Shown piece by piece: positions 7,950 through 17,159 of a stretch of 20,000 nucleotides of DNA; position 1 is the stretch's first letter, and each line of letters starts with the position of its first letter. This DNA is from Rhabdothermincola salaria (lineage in GTDB: Bacteria; Actinomycetota; Acidimicrobiia; Acidimicrobiales; Acidimicrobilacustridaceae). The notes under the pieces were generated by a model. It was given only the letters and a program-made list of their open reading frames with translations, was not told where the DNA came from and did no database searches. The position numbers and the translations under genes were made by a program. The stretch spans positions 1,985,198 to 2,005,197 of the forward strand of contig NZ_JAJQXW010000001.1 of NCBI RefSeq assembly GCF_021246445.1, written 5' to 3'.

Positions 7950-8516
7950 TCATCCCGTCCTCACCTCGAGTCCATCGCCCCCTTCGGCGCCACCCACTTC
8001 GAAGGGCAGGCGCTCGGCGAGGCCGAGCACGATGTGGAGCTCGTCGTCGTCGGGGCGGGGGACGACGAGCAGCTCCCGGACGTAGTCGAGGGGTCCGGGG
8101 ACCACCTCGGCCATCCCGCCACCGTCGAGGTCGCTGGTCGCCCCCTTCAGGGTGACCACGAGGGCCTCGTTGGAGTCCACGTCCACGTCGTCTCCCCGGG
8201 CGTCGAGGACGGGGGCGTCGGCATACGCCGCGATCCACTCGCCGGGGCCACCATCTACTCGGAGGGTGATGACGTCGACGCAGCCGTCCTTGTCGGTCTC
8301 GACCGCGGTGAGGGCCGACCGGTCGACGTCGTCGGATCCGCCTTCCACGGGGTCGGCCGCCCCCGAGAAGGGGCAGTCGGCCGCCGAGAGAGGGCTCAGC
8401 GTGCCGTCCTGGCCGTCGTCCCCGCACCCGGCCACGAGGGCGCCGGCCACGATGAGCGCGGCGAGCATCCGAGGGGCGCGCCGGCGCAGCGGTGCCGGTT
8501 GAGGAGCACGAGGCAT
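7950..8516 (-). CDS. Putative lipoprotein (AMIN-like beta domain)
   Basis: Lipobox LVAGC after a basic then hydrophobic signal; acidic beta-rich domain; stop lies 4 nt before the K+ channel start. Start is 8516 or 8468. Confidence 0.65.
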   Translation of the reverse strand: MPRAPQPAPLRRRAPRMLAALIVAGALVAGCGDDGQDGTLSPLSAADCPFSGAADPVEGGSDDVDRSALTAVETDKDGCVDVITLRVDGGPGEWIAAYADAPVLDARGDDVDVDSNEALVVTLKGATSDLDGGGMAEVVPGPLDYVRELLVVPRPDDDELHIVLGLAERLPFEVGGAEGGDGLEVRTG

Positions 8517-8594
8517 GCCCGCCAGTGTCCCACCTGTCGCCGCCTCGGCAGGTCCGACCCGGCGCGCCCGGCGCGACAGGTGTTGCATGGGGCC

Positions 8595-10163
8595 ATGACC
8601 TCCGGCAACGGCACGTCCCCCGACGCCCACCCCTCCGACGAGCGACGCGCCCCGGTCCCCGACCGCGACCGCCCCGTGCTGGTGGCCGGAGCCACCGGCT
8701 ACATCGGTCGGCGTCTGGTCGGTGAACTGGTGGCCGAGGGCCGGAAGGTCCGGGCCATGGCCCGCAACCCGGCCAAGCTCGCCGGCGAGGAATGGGCCGA
8801 CGTGGTGGAGATCGTGCGCGGTGACGTGCTCGACCCGGCATCGCTGACCGAGGCCTTCGAGGGGGTGGGTGGTGCCTACTACCTGATCCACTCGATCGGG
8901 GGCGAGGACGACTGGGAGGAGCGTGACCGGCGGGCAGCGGCCAACTTCCGCGACGCCGCCGCGAACGCGGGCGCCAGCCAGATCATCTACCTGGGCGGCC
9001 TCGGCGACGACGCCGGGGCGTCGCTGTCACCGCACCTGCGCAGCCGCCACGAGGTGGGACGCATCCTGGCCGACGGTGCGGTGCCGGCCACCGAGCTGCG
9101 CGCCGCGGTGGTCATCGGGTCGGGCAGCGCCTCGTTCGAGATGCTGCGCCACCTCGTCGAGGTCCTCCCCGCCATGGTCACCCCGAAGTGGGTCGAGACC
9201 CGCTGCCAGCCCATCGCCGTGCGCGACGTGCTCGCCTACCTCGTCGGCGTGCTCGACGAGCCCCACGCACTCGGCCGGGTCCTCGAGATCGGCGGGCCCG
9301 ATGTGCTGACCTACCGCCAGATGATGGAGGTCTTCGCCGAGGTCGAGGGCCTGCGCCGCCGGCTCATCGTCACCGTGCCCGTGCTGTCGCCGTCGCTGTC
9401 GTCGCGCTGGGTCGGCCTGGTCACGCCACTCCCGTCGGACCTGGCCCGGCCGCTCATCGACAGCCTCGTCAACGAGGTCGTGGTGCACCAACCCGACATC
9501 CTCGACATCGTCCCCCGGGACCTGCTCACCTACCGCGAGTCGCTCGAGGTGGCCCTGCGACGGGTCGAGGACCTCCAGGTCGCCACGACCTGGGCCGACG
9601 CCGAGCTGCGCGGCCGCAACCCGGCGGACCCGCTGCCCGCCGACCCGGACTGGGCGGGCGGAACCCTCCTCGGCGACGTCCAGGAGGGCACGTCGACCGC
9701 CGCTCCCCACCTGCTGTTCGCCACCATCTGCGGCATCGGAGGCACCCGGGGCTGGATGACGGGAGATGTCTGGTGGCGGATCCGCGGCACCCTCGACCGC
9801 CTCGTGGGCGGCATCGGCATGCGGCGCGGTCGCCGTCACCCCGACGACCTGCGCACCGGCGACGCGCTCGACTTCTGGCGGGTCGAGGCCTACGAGCAGG
9901 ACCACCTCCTGCGGCTCCGGGCCGAGATGCGCCTCCCGGGCCAGGCGTGGCTGGAGTGGACCGTGTCCCCCGCGGGAGAGGGCAGCGCGGTCACCCAACG
10001 AGCGCTCTTCCACCCTCGTGGGCTGGCCGGGCGCGTCTACTGGTTGGCCGTGTCACCCTTCCACCGGGTGATCTTCGCCCCGATGCTGGCCCGGCTGGTG
10101 GAGATCGCCGAGAGCGGCGGGCACCTCCCGACCACGGGAGATCCGGACCGCGACGCCGTCTGA
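8595..10163 (+). CDS. Atypical SDR NAD(P)-binding protein with C-terminal DUF2867 (YbjT-like)
   Basis: VLVAGATGYIG, YYLIHS, LSPHLRSRHEVG, GSGSASFEM; C-terminal GDALDFWRVE...LRLRAEMRLPG.AWLEW...GLAGRVYW. Confidence 0.88.
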   Translation: MTSGNGTSPDAHPSDERRAPVPDRDRPVLVAGATGYIGRRLVGELVAEGRKVRAMARNPAKLAGEEWADVVEIVRGDVLDPASLTEAFEGVGGAYYLIHSIGGEDDWEERDRRAAANFRDAAANAGASQIIYLGGLGDDAGASLSPHLRSRHEVGRILADGAVPATELRAAVVIGSGSASFEMLRHLVEVLPAMVTPKWVETRCQPIAVRDVLAYLVGVLDEPHALGRVLEIGGPDVLTYRQMMEVFAEVEGLRRRLIVTVPVLSPSLSSRWVGLVTPLPSDLARPLIDSLVNEVVVHQPDILDIVPRDLLTYRESLEVALRRVEDLQVATTWADAELRGRNPADPLPADPDWAGGTLLGDVQEGTSTAAPHLLFATICGIGGTRGWMTGDVWWRIRGTLDRLVGGIGMRRGRRHPDDLRTGDALDFWRVEAYEQDHLLRLRAEMRLPGQAWLEWTVSPAGEGSAVTQRALFHPRGLAGRVYWLAVSPFHRVIFAPMLARLVEIAESGGHLPTTGDPDRDAV

Positions 10164-10176
10164 GCCGGGTCGGAGA

Positions 10177-11061
10177 TCAGCTCACCGACGTCGACGGGGT
10201 GGCGTCGGCCACGGGCGCGTCGTCGTCGGTGCCCGGGTCGACGTCGGCCTCGAACGCAGGGATGCCGGCGTTCTCGAGGGCTTGGCGCTGGTACATCCAG
10301 TGCAGGAAGCGCACGGCGATCTGGGACCAGATCACCAGACCCCCGACGACCTGCATGACGGCGGCACCGAGGTGCTGGTCGTCGAGCGGGCCGAATCCCT
10401 CGAAGACGCGGGGCGCCAGCTCGAAGGTGGAGAACAGCGGGTAGTCGCCCCAGGTCATCCACCAGGCGGTGGGCAGCGGGGCGATGGACTGCACGATCAG
10501 GTACACCATCGCCAACGGACCCACCAGGCGGGGGGTGAGCGGCGCGGGCGGCTGCACGGGGAACCACAGCAGGAAACCGGCCACGATCCAGAACAGGTCG
10601 AGGGCGAACGACCCCAGCGGGCTGCCGATCATGCGATCCGACACCATCGGCGTGTTGATGGTGAGCAGGATCACGTTGGCGCCGATGATGCAGAACAGTG
10701 GGGTGCTGACCACGCGCACGAAGGCACGGCGGCGCGCCCCCGCCTGCAGCCAACGGCCGACCACAGGGGGGCAGCCGTAGAGCAAGAGGGGCAGCACGAT
10801 GAGCACCACGAGGACCTGGCGGGCCATCTGGACCGAGAGCAGGTAGCCGGCCCCCATCGCCGCCATGGGCCAGTCGGTGGCCACCAGCAGCAGGGCCACG
10901 CCGGCGAAGGCCGCCACCTTGCGCCGCAGCGGGAAGTCGCGATCGCGTCGGAACCCGGCGATCAGCAGCCCGACGAGCATGATCGTCAGCAACCAGGCAC
11001 CCAGGTACGGGCTCCACTCCCAGTTCCACACCTTGCCCTCGGCCGAGCACCACCAACTCAC
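10177..11061 (-). CDS. Caa3-type cytochrome c oxidase assembly factor CtaG-like membrane protein
   Basis: Multi-TM; WP...G.GYLLS..M....L....PLLL.G.P and DDQHLGAAVM patterns; GTG 11061 overlaps the SCO stop (GTGA). Confidence 0.75.
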   Translation of the reverse strand: MSWWCSAEGKVWNWEWSPYLGAWLLTIMLVGLLIAGFRRDRDFPLRRKVAAFAGVALLLVATDWPMAAMGAGYLLSVQMARQVLVVLIVLPLLLYGCPPVVGRWLQAGARRRAFVRVVSTPLFCIIGANVILLTINTPMVSDRMIGSPLGSFALDLFWIVAGFLLWFPVQPPAPLTPRLVGPLAMVYLIVQSIAPLPTAWWMTWGDYPLFSTFELAPRVFEGFGPLDDQHLGAAVMQVVGGLVIWSQIAVRFLHWMYQRQALENAGIPAFEADVDPGTDDDAPVADATPSTSVS

Positions 11062-11702
11062 GTGATCGACTCCCATTCGATGGTCTCGAGCTGGGGCAGG
11101 TCCTCGACCCACACCTGCTCGGTCGCCCCGAAGGGGTAGACGATGTGCGCCTTGTCGTCGGGGGTGAACACCACCACCTGGCTGGGGTGCCCGACGGTGT
11201 AGTTGCCGCTGGTGTCGTCGGGGATCACGGCGCCCGGGAGCTGGAGCTGGGCCATGGCCCGATCGATCTCCTCGGGGGTGGCGGTGAGGCCCACGAAGCG
11301 GTCGTCGAAGCGGTCGAGGTAGGTGCGCAGCTGCTCGGGGGTGTCACGCGCGGTGTCGACGCCGACGAAGACCATGTTGGGCACACCGCCCTCGAGCTGC
11401 GCCCTCTCGAACGCCGAGGAGATCCGATCGAGGTGGATGGGGCACACGTCGGGGCAGCTGGTGTAGCCGAAGAACACGAGGGTGAGCTCGCTGGCGGTCT
11501 CGGTGCGCAGGTCGTAGGGCTGGCCCTCGGTGTCGGTGAACACCACGTCGGGCTTGTCGAGGGCGTCGCCGAGCATCGAGCCCTGCAGGCCGTAGCGCTC
11601 CGCGCCGGCCCGGTCGAACTGGTCGGGGGGCGAGGTGCACGAGGCCAGCAGCACCAGCCCGACCATCGCCCCCAGGACGGCCGCGACGCGCCGCGAGATC
11701 AC
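11058..11702 (-). CDS. SCO1/SenC-family copper chaperone (lipoprotein)
   Basis: FFGYTSCPDVCP (CxxxC), distal His in YTVGHPS, lipobox LASC; GTGA overlap with the upstream gene. Confidence 0.92.
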   Translation of the reverse strand: MISRRVAAVLGAMVGLVLLASCTSPPDQFDRAGAERYGLQGSMLGDALDKPDVVFTDTEGQPYDLRTETASELTLVFFGYTSCPDVCPIHLDRISSAFERAQLEGGVPNMVFVGVDTARDTPEQLRTYLDRFDDRFVGLTATPEEIDRAMAQLQLPGAVIPDDTSGNYTVGHPSQVVVFTPDDKAHIVYPFGATEQVWVEDLPQLETIEWESIT

Positions 11703-12226
11703 CTGCTCACCTCCCCGGGGTCGACGACCTCGACGTCGATGCCGATCTCGCCGGCGTCGGCGAAGTCGAGCACCAGCTCCACCACGTCACCGACCTCCAA
11801 GCCGTCGGGCACCGCCACCATGAGGTGGAGTCCGCCCGGTGCCAGGGCCAGCTCGCCGCCGGCGGGGACCTCGAGGTCTCCCGCCTCGTCCATGGTGACC
11901 TGGCCGTCCTCTGCGATCTCCGTGCGGTGCACCATCGCCCTGTCGCCGTCGTCGGTGCGGGCCCCGAGCAGCGTGTCGACCTCGGTGCCGGTGTTCTCGA
12001 TGGTCATGTACGCCGCGCCCATGGGCCCGGCCGGCACCGGCATCACGGGGTCGACCACGCTGACCCCTGCCTCGGCGGCCGACGGGGCGCCGTCGGTGGC
12101 GTCGTCGTCACCGCAGGCCCCGACGGCCACGGCGACGAGGAGCAGGAGGGCCAGCGGCGCGCCCACGCCACGGCGTCGACGTGCCGGGCGGGGATCGCTG
12201 GACCCGAGCGGGGGGCGGATCACCAC
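11699..12226 (-). CDS. PCu(A)C copper chaperone (lipoprotein)
   Basis: AAYMTIEN.G, H(RTEIAEDGQVT)M...LAPGGLHLM copper-ligand motif; lipobox VGAC. Start approximate. Confidence 0.9.
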   Translation of the reverse strand: MVIRPPLGSSDPRPARRRRGVGAPLALLLLVAVAVGACGDDDATDGAPSAAEAGVSVVDPVMPVPAGPMGAAYMTIENTGTEVDTLLGARTDDGDRAMVHRTEIAEDGQVTMDEAGDLEVPAGGELALAPGGLHLMVAVPDGLEVGDVVELVLDFADAGEIGIDVEVVDPGEVSR

Positions 12227-12326
12227 GCCTCAATCCAACCAGCCCGGAGCCCCCGGCACACATCGGGGAGACCCCCGGTTGACGTGACGTCGGTCTCCCC
12301 ACAGGCGGCCGGCGGACTCGGCACCG

Positions 12327-13388
12327 TCAGTCCCGCTGCTGTTCGAGGGCGAGCACGTCGCCGACCACACCCACCCGCACCGTGGCCCCCACCGGGGGCA
12401 GGCCGGCCGACGGCCACCGGGCCATGAGCTCCACCCCGTCGACGACGAGGTCGACCGCGGCCTCGTGGCCGCGGAAGCGCACGGCCCGCACCTCGGCGAG
12501 CACGCCCGCGCCACCCGGTGCCACGTCCTCGGGCCCGAGGAGGCGGAGCTGTTCGGGGCGCAGGAAGATGGTCGTCGACCCGGCCGGCGCGGGCCGCCGC
12601 AGCCGCAGGGGGCCGAGGGCACCGGTGACGGTGGGACCGTCGACGATGCCGGGGATGGCGATGGCGTCGCCGAGGAAGGCGCCGACCCAGGTGTCGTGGG
12701 GTTCGCGGTACAGCTCGGCCGGCGGACCCACCTGGATGATGCGCCCGGCGCGCATGACGGCCACGGCGTCGGCCATCTCGAGGGCCTCGGCCTGGTCGTG
12801 GGTCACCATGACCGCGGTGGTGCCCGCCTCGCGGAGCAGACGGGTGACCTCGGCGCGGACCTCGGCGCGGAGCCCGGCGTCGAGGGCGCTGAAGGGCTCG
12901 TCGAGCAGCACCATCGAGGGCCGGGGGGCCAGGGCCCGGGCCAGCGCCACCCGCTGTTGCTGCCCCCCGGAGATCTCGTGGGGACGGCGCCCACCGAGGC
13001 CCTCGAGGCCGACCATGGCCAACAGCTCCTCGATGCGCGCCGTTCGGGTCGCCTTGTCGAGCTGGCGCAACCCGAAGGCCACGTTGCCGGCCACGTCGAG
13101 GTGAGGGAAGAGGGCGCCTTCCTGGGGGACCAGGCCGATGCCGCGCTTCTCGGGGGGGAGGTGGGTGCCATCGGCGTCGAGCTCCACCCCGTCGAGCTCC
13201 ACCCGGCCGGCGCCGGGGCGTTGCAGGCCGGCGATCACCCGCAACAGGGTGGTCTTGCCGCAGCCCGACGGGCCCAGCACCGCCACGATGCTCCCGTCGG
13301 CGACCTCGAGGTCGACCGAACGCAGCGCCGCCACCGGCGGCCGGCCGGCGAAGGTGACCGACAGCCCCTTGACGACGAGGTGGCTCAT
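12327..13388 (-). CDS. Fe3+ ABC transporter ATP-binding subunit (FbpC/SfuC-like, TOBE C-terminus)
   Basis: Walker A GPSGCGKT, ISGGQQQR, LLDEPFSALD, VTHDQ; true start ATG 13388 overlaps the permease stop (ATGA). Confidence 0.92.
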   Translation of the reverse strand: MSHLVVKGLSVTFAGRPPVAALRSVDLEVADGSIVAVLGPSGCGKTTLLRVIAGLQRPGAGRVELDGVELDADGTHLPPEKRGIGLVPQEGALFPHLDVAGNVAFGLRQLDKATRTARIEELLAMVGLEGLGGRRPHEISGGQQQRVALARALAPRPSMVLLDEPFSALDAGLRAEVRAEVTRLLREAGTTAVMVTHDQAEALEMADAVAVMRAGRIIQVGPPAELYREPHDTWVGAFLGDAIAIPGIVDGPTVTGALGPLRLRRPAPAGSTTIFLRPEQLRLLGPEDVAPGGAGVLAEVRAVRFRGHEAAVDLVVDGVELMARWPSAGLPPVGATVRVGVVGDVLALEQQRD

Positions 13389-14917
13389 TCCCGTGACCTG
13401 CGATCGCCCACCGCGCTCAGCACGGCGGTGGGCAGCGCCGCCAGCACCACGATGAGCACGGCGTAGGGGGCGGCGGCGGCGTAGGAGACGCTGCTGGTGG
13501 CGTCCCAGAGCCGGGTGGCGAGGGTGTCGAACCCGGTCGGGCGCAGGAAGAGGGTGGCGGGCAGCTCTTTCATGACGGTGAGGAAGACGAGGGTAGCGGC
13601 GGCCGCGATGCCCGGGGCCGCCAGCCGCAGCACCACTCGGCGCCACACCCCCCACACCGAGGAACCGAGCGAACGGGCCACGTCCTCGAGGCCGGGCGGG
13701 ATCTGGGCCACGGCGGCCTGGATCGACCCGAGGGCGAGGGACATGAACAGCACGGCGTAGGCGACGATCAGGACCGGCAGCTCCTGGTAGAGCGAGGGCA
13801 CGACCCGGATGGCGAGGAACACCATGGCCAGGCCGACCACGACGCCGGGGAGGGCGTGGGCGGTGTAGGCCGCGCTCGATGCCACCTTCGACAGCCGGCC
13901 CTGGTGGCGGACGGCCAGCAGCGCCACCGGCAGGGCCAGCACCACGACCAGCAGCGCACCCAGCGCGCCGACCAGCAGGGTGTTGCCGGCGGCGTCGACG
14001 ACCTGGGAGGTGTCGGCCCGGGAGGTGCCCCGCGACCACCAGCGGACCATGCCCCACAGGGGCACACCGAGGCTGAAGCCGACCAGGGCGACCGGCACGG
14101 CCAGCGCCGGCCAGCGCCACGCGCCCAGCCGCAGGACGGGCTGGGGTCGCACGGCTCCGGCCCCGATGCGGGCCGCTCCGTGACGGTGCCGGTAGCGCGA
14201 CTCGATCAGCACGATGGTGATGGTGAGCACCGCCAGCAAGACCCCCAGCACGGCGGCGGGGGTGCGATCGAACGACGCCCGGTACGACTGGTAGATGGTG
14301 TAGGTGAGGACCTCGTGACGCATGGTGGCGACAGCGCCGAAGTCGCTCATCACGTAGAGGCCGACGAGGAGGCCGCCGCCCACCGCGGCCGTGCGGATCT
14401 GGGGCAACGTGGTGCGCCAGAAGACCGTCAGGCGCCGGCTGCCGAGCGTGCGGGCCACGTCCTCGAGGGCAGGGTCGCAGCGGCGCAGAGCGGCCATGAC
14501 CGGCAGGTACACGTAGGGGTAGGAGATGGTGGTGAGCACCAGCACCGACCCGCTCATCCCGGCCAGATCGGGGCGGAAGCCCAGCCAGCTCCACGCCGCG
14601 ACGTAGGAGGGCAGGGCCAGGGGCAGGCCCACGAGCACCTGCACGACCCGGCGACCCGGGATGTCGGTGCGGGTGACGAGCCAGGCCATGCCCACCCCGA
14701 TGACCAGGCAGAGGGTGGTGACCACGGCGGCCAGCCACAACGACCGGAGGGTGAGCTCCAGGGTCCGCGACCGCCACAGGGTGTCGAGGAACGCCCCCCA
14801 CCCCTGGTCGGTGGCCCGGATGACCAGGTAGACGATCGGGCTGACGGCAACCACCGTGGCCACCAGGGCGCCCACCATGAGGGGCACAGGAGCGCGACGG
14901 CGAGAGGGGGCCGACAC
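13385..14917 (-). CDS. Fe3+ ABC transporter permease (FbpB/SfuB-like)
   Basis: Two permease halves with EAA-like loops (LEDVARTLG, LEDVARSLG), SDFGAV, MKELPATLFL. Confidence 0.92.
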   Translation of the reverse strand: MSAPSRRRAPVPLMVGALVATVVAVSPIVYLVIRATDQGWGAFLDTLWRSRTLELTLRSLWLAAVVTTLCLVIGVGMAWLVTRTDIPGRRVVQVLVGLPLALPSYVAAWSWLGFRPDLAGMSGSVLVLTTISYPYVYLPVMAALRRCDPALEDVARTLGSRRLTVFWRTTLPQIRTAAVGGGLLVGLYVMSDFGAVATMRHEVLTYTIYQSYRASFDRTPAAVLGVLLAVLTITIVLIESRYRHRHGAARIGAGAVRPQPVLRLGAWRWPALAVPVALVGFSLGVPLWGMVRWWSRGTSRADTSQVVDAAGNTLLVGALGALLVVVLALPVALLAVRHQGRLSKVASSAAYTAHALPGVVVGLAMVFLAIRVVPSLYQELPVLIVAYAVLFMSLALGSIQAAVAQIPPGLEDVARSLGSSVWGVWRRVVLRLAAPGIAAAATLVFLTVMKELPATLFLRPTGFDTLATRLWDATSSVSYAAAAPYAVLIVVLAALPTAVLSAVGDRRSRE

Positions 14918-14967
14918 CTCGTCGGTGCCGGCCCCCTCCCGTGAGAGCGTCGTCGGCTCCGCGGCGA

Positions 14968-16002
14968 TCAGCTGAGGAGGCCCTTCTCGGTCAGCAGCGC
15001 CTGGGACGCCTCGAGCGACTTCAGGTCGGCCAGGTCGAGGGCGGGCCCGTCGAGCTCGGCGAGGGGCGGCACGCCCTCCGGGTTGGGCACGCCGGGCACG
15101 ACCGGATACTCGAAGGTCTCCTCCACGAAGTAGGTCTGGCCGGCGTCGGACAACAGGTACTCGACGAACGCGAGGGCCGCCTCGTTGCCCTCGCCGCTGG
15201 TGGTGATGCCCACGGCGGTGGCGTTGATCAGACCGCCGGGGTCGCCGTCGACAGGGAAGACCAGCTCGGCCACCAGCTCGTCACCCAGCTCGGGCGCGGA
15301 GCGAGACCAGTAGTAGTGGTTGATGAGCCCGATGCCGATCTGGCCCTCGTTGACCGCGTCGAGGATGGCCACGTTGTTCTCGTAGGACTCCGTGTCGTTG
15401 GCGATCATGGCGTCGAGCCACTCCGAGGCGGCTTCTTCGCCCTCGGCCACGCGGTACCCGGTGACGAACGACTGGAAGCTGGCGTTGGTGGGCGCCCAGG
15501 CGACCTGACCCTCGTACTGGGGGTCGGTGAGGTCGGCCACGCTGGTGGGCGGGTCGTCCACCAGCTCGGGGTTGTACACGATCGCCCGACTGCGGCCGGT
15601 GACGCCGACCCAGAGGTCGTCCTCGGACGGCGCGAAGCGGGGATCGACGGAGTCGACGACCTCGGCCGGCAACGGGGTGAGCAGGCCGGCATCGGCCAGC
15701 GCGCCCATGGCGCCGACCTCCTGGGAGTAGAAGACGTCGGCCGGGGTGCCCGACCCCTCCTCGAGGATCTGGGCGGCCATCTCGGCGCTGTTGCCGTAGC
15801 GGACGTCGACGGCGATGCCGGTCTCCTCGGTGAACTGGTCGATGAGGGGTTGCACCAGGTTCTCGGACCGGCCGCTGTAGAGGGTGAAGCTGCCGTTCTC
15901 GCTGTCGCTCGCCCCGTCGTCGGAGCCGCACGCGGCGGCGACGAGGGCGATGACGAGCACGAGGAGGGCGATGGGGCGCAGCCGTCGGCGTGAGGGGGAC
16001 AT
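14968..16002 (-). CDS. Fe3+ ABC transporter substrate-binding lipoprotein (FbpA/FutA-like)
   Basis: Lipobox AAAC; TLYSGRSE, PTNASFQ, INHYY (adjacent iron-binding Tyr), FEYP. Confidence 0.92.
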   Translation of the reverse strand: MSPSRRRLRPIALLVLVIALVAAACGSDDGASDSENGSFTLYSGRSENLVQPLIDQFTEETGIAVDVRYGNSAEMAAQILEEGSGTPADVFYSQEVGAMGALADAGLLTPLPAEVVDSVDPRFAPSEDDLWVGVTGRSRAIVYNPELVDDPPTSVADLTDPQYEGQVAWAPTNASFQSFVTGYRVAEGEEAASEWLDAMIANDTESYENNVAILDAVNEGQIGIGLINHYYWSRSAPELGDELVAELVFPVDGDPGGLINATAVGITTSGEGNEAALAFVEYLLSDAGQTYFVEETFEYPVVPGVPNPEGVPPLAELDGPALDLADLKSLEASQALLTEKGLLS

Positions 16003-16062
16003 CAGTGGAGCTCCTGGACGAACGGGTGACGACGAGCCGGGTGTCGGCTTGCCGGGCGCTCA

Positions 16063-16082
16063 CTGTAAGGGGAGCCTTACAG
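16063..16082. promoter_or_regulatory. Palindromic operator, DtxR/IdeR iron-box-like
   Basis: CTGTAAGG-GGAG-CCTTACAG, 8-bp perfect arms about 60 nt upstream of the iron-binding protein gene; 13/19 match to TWAGGTWAGSCTWACCTWA by manual alignment. Confidence 0.65.
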
Positions 16083-16114
16083 GTGGCGCAAGGCGTCCTC
16101 GTCGAACGAGGCGC

Positions 16115-17020
16115 TCACACTGGGTGCTTGGCGCCGTACATCTCGGCGTCGGCGTCTTCGATGAGGGCATCGAGGGTCGACGAGCTGGCCGGACCGGCCG
16201 CCGTCCCGACGGTCACGGTCACCCGGCGCTCAGGCAGCTCGACAGAGGCTCGACCACGCACCCGCTGGGCGATCTCCTCGACGTCACCGATCCCCGAGAT
16301 GCCCGGGCACACCGCCACGAACTCGTCGCCGCCATAGCGGACCACCACATCCCCCGGTCGGAGCACGGCGAGGAGCCCACCGGCGATCTGCTGGAGGACC
16401 TGGTCGCCCACGCCGTGGCCCAGCTCGTCGTTGATCGCCTTGAACCCGTCGACATCGACGAAGAGCACCGCCACCCACCCGGTGCTCCCGGCGCCGAAGA
16501 GGGACTGCGCCGCGGTGCGCAGAAGGCTGCGGTTGCCCACGCCGGTCAGGGCATCGGTGTGGACCTCCCGTGAGAGCTCGCGTTGGGCCTTCAGGAGCAT
16601 GTCCTCACGCGTGTGGCGATCGGTGATGTCGAAGCACGTCCCGATGTAGCCGAGGAACGAGCCCATGGCGTCGTACCGAGGACCGCCGACGTCGAGGATC
16701 CACCGGAACACCCCGTCGGCCCGGGCCAGCCGGTACTCCATCTCGAAGGCCTCATGGCGACCGAACGCGTCGGTGTAGGTGCGCAGACAACGGTCGCGAT
16801 CGTCGGGATGGACTCCGTCCAACCATCCCTGGCCGCGTTCCTCGTCGAGCGAGCGTCCTCTGAAGTCGAGCCAGGTCCGGTTGAACTCGACGCACATGCC
16901 GTCGGTGTTCGACGCCCAGAGCAATGCCGGATGGGCATCGGCCATGGCTCGGAACACCTCCACCTGCCGACGCAACCAATCGACCTCTTCGTGACCCTCG
17001 TCGACAACAGCTCCCGGCAC
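16115..17020 (-). CDS. PAS/PAC-GGDEF diguanylate cyclase
   Basis: PAS_3 (WLDGVHPDD, EYRLARADGVFRWI...FDIT), TDALTGVGNR, DVDGFKAINDELGHGVGD, RPGD I-site, RYGGDEF; GTG 17020 with GGGAGAG RBS. Confidence 0.9.
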   Translation of the reverse strand: MPGAVVDEGHEEVDWLRRQVEVFRAMADAHPALLWASNTDGMCVEFNRTWLDFRGRSLDEERGQGWLDGVHPDDRDRCLRTYTDAFGRHEAFEMEYRLARADGVFRWILDVGGPRYDAMGSFLGYIGTCFDITDRHTREDMLLKAQRELSREVHTDALTGVGNRSLLRTAAQSLFGAGSTGWVAVLFVDVDGFKAINDELGHGVGDQVLQQIAGGLLAVLRPGDVVVRYGGDEFVAVCPGISGIGDVEEIAQRVRGRASVELPERRVTVTVGTAAGPASSSTLDALIEDADAEMYGAKHPV

Positions 17021-17159
17021 GTTCTCTCCCCCGCGTCCTGGCGTCGACCGCACCACTCCCCCCGGCGAGGTCCGCGATCGTAGCGGTGACCGTGGAAAGC
17101 TTCCGATTCGACACCTCGGGACGCCGCCCGACCCGGTGCCTGCCCCCGAGGAGACGACC

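Noticed and set aside
6368..8155. Long antisense ORFs (also 1231-2472, 13856-14944, 14941-15993, 17496-18536, 18220-19686)
   Set aside because: Shadow ORFs expected in high-GC DNA opposite clearly recognisable genes; no motifs.
7926..8594. N-terminal 223 aa of the 745-aa SDR ORF
   Set aside because: Antisense to the lipoprotein gene; the Rossmann motif begins shortly after ATG 8595.
13389..14801. 824-aa ORF suggesting a long N-terminal extension or fusion on the ABC ATPase
   Set aside because: The extension is an Arg/Pro/Gly-rich off-frame read through the permease; ATG 13388 with ATGA coupling is the credible start.
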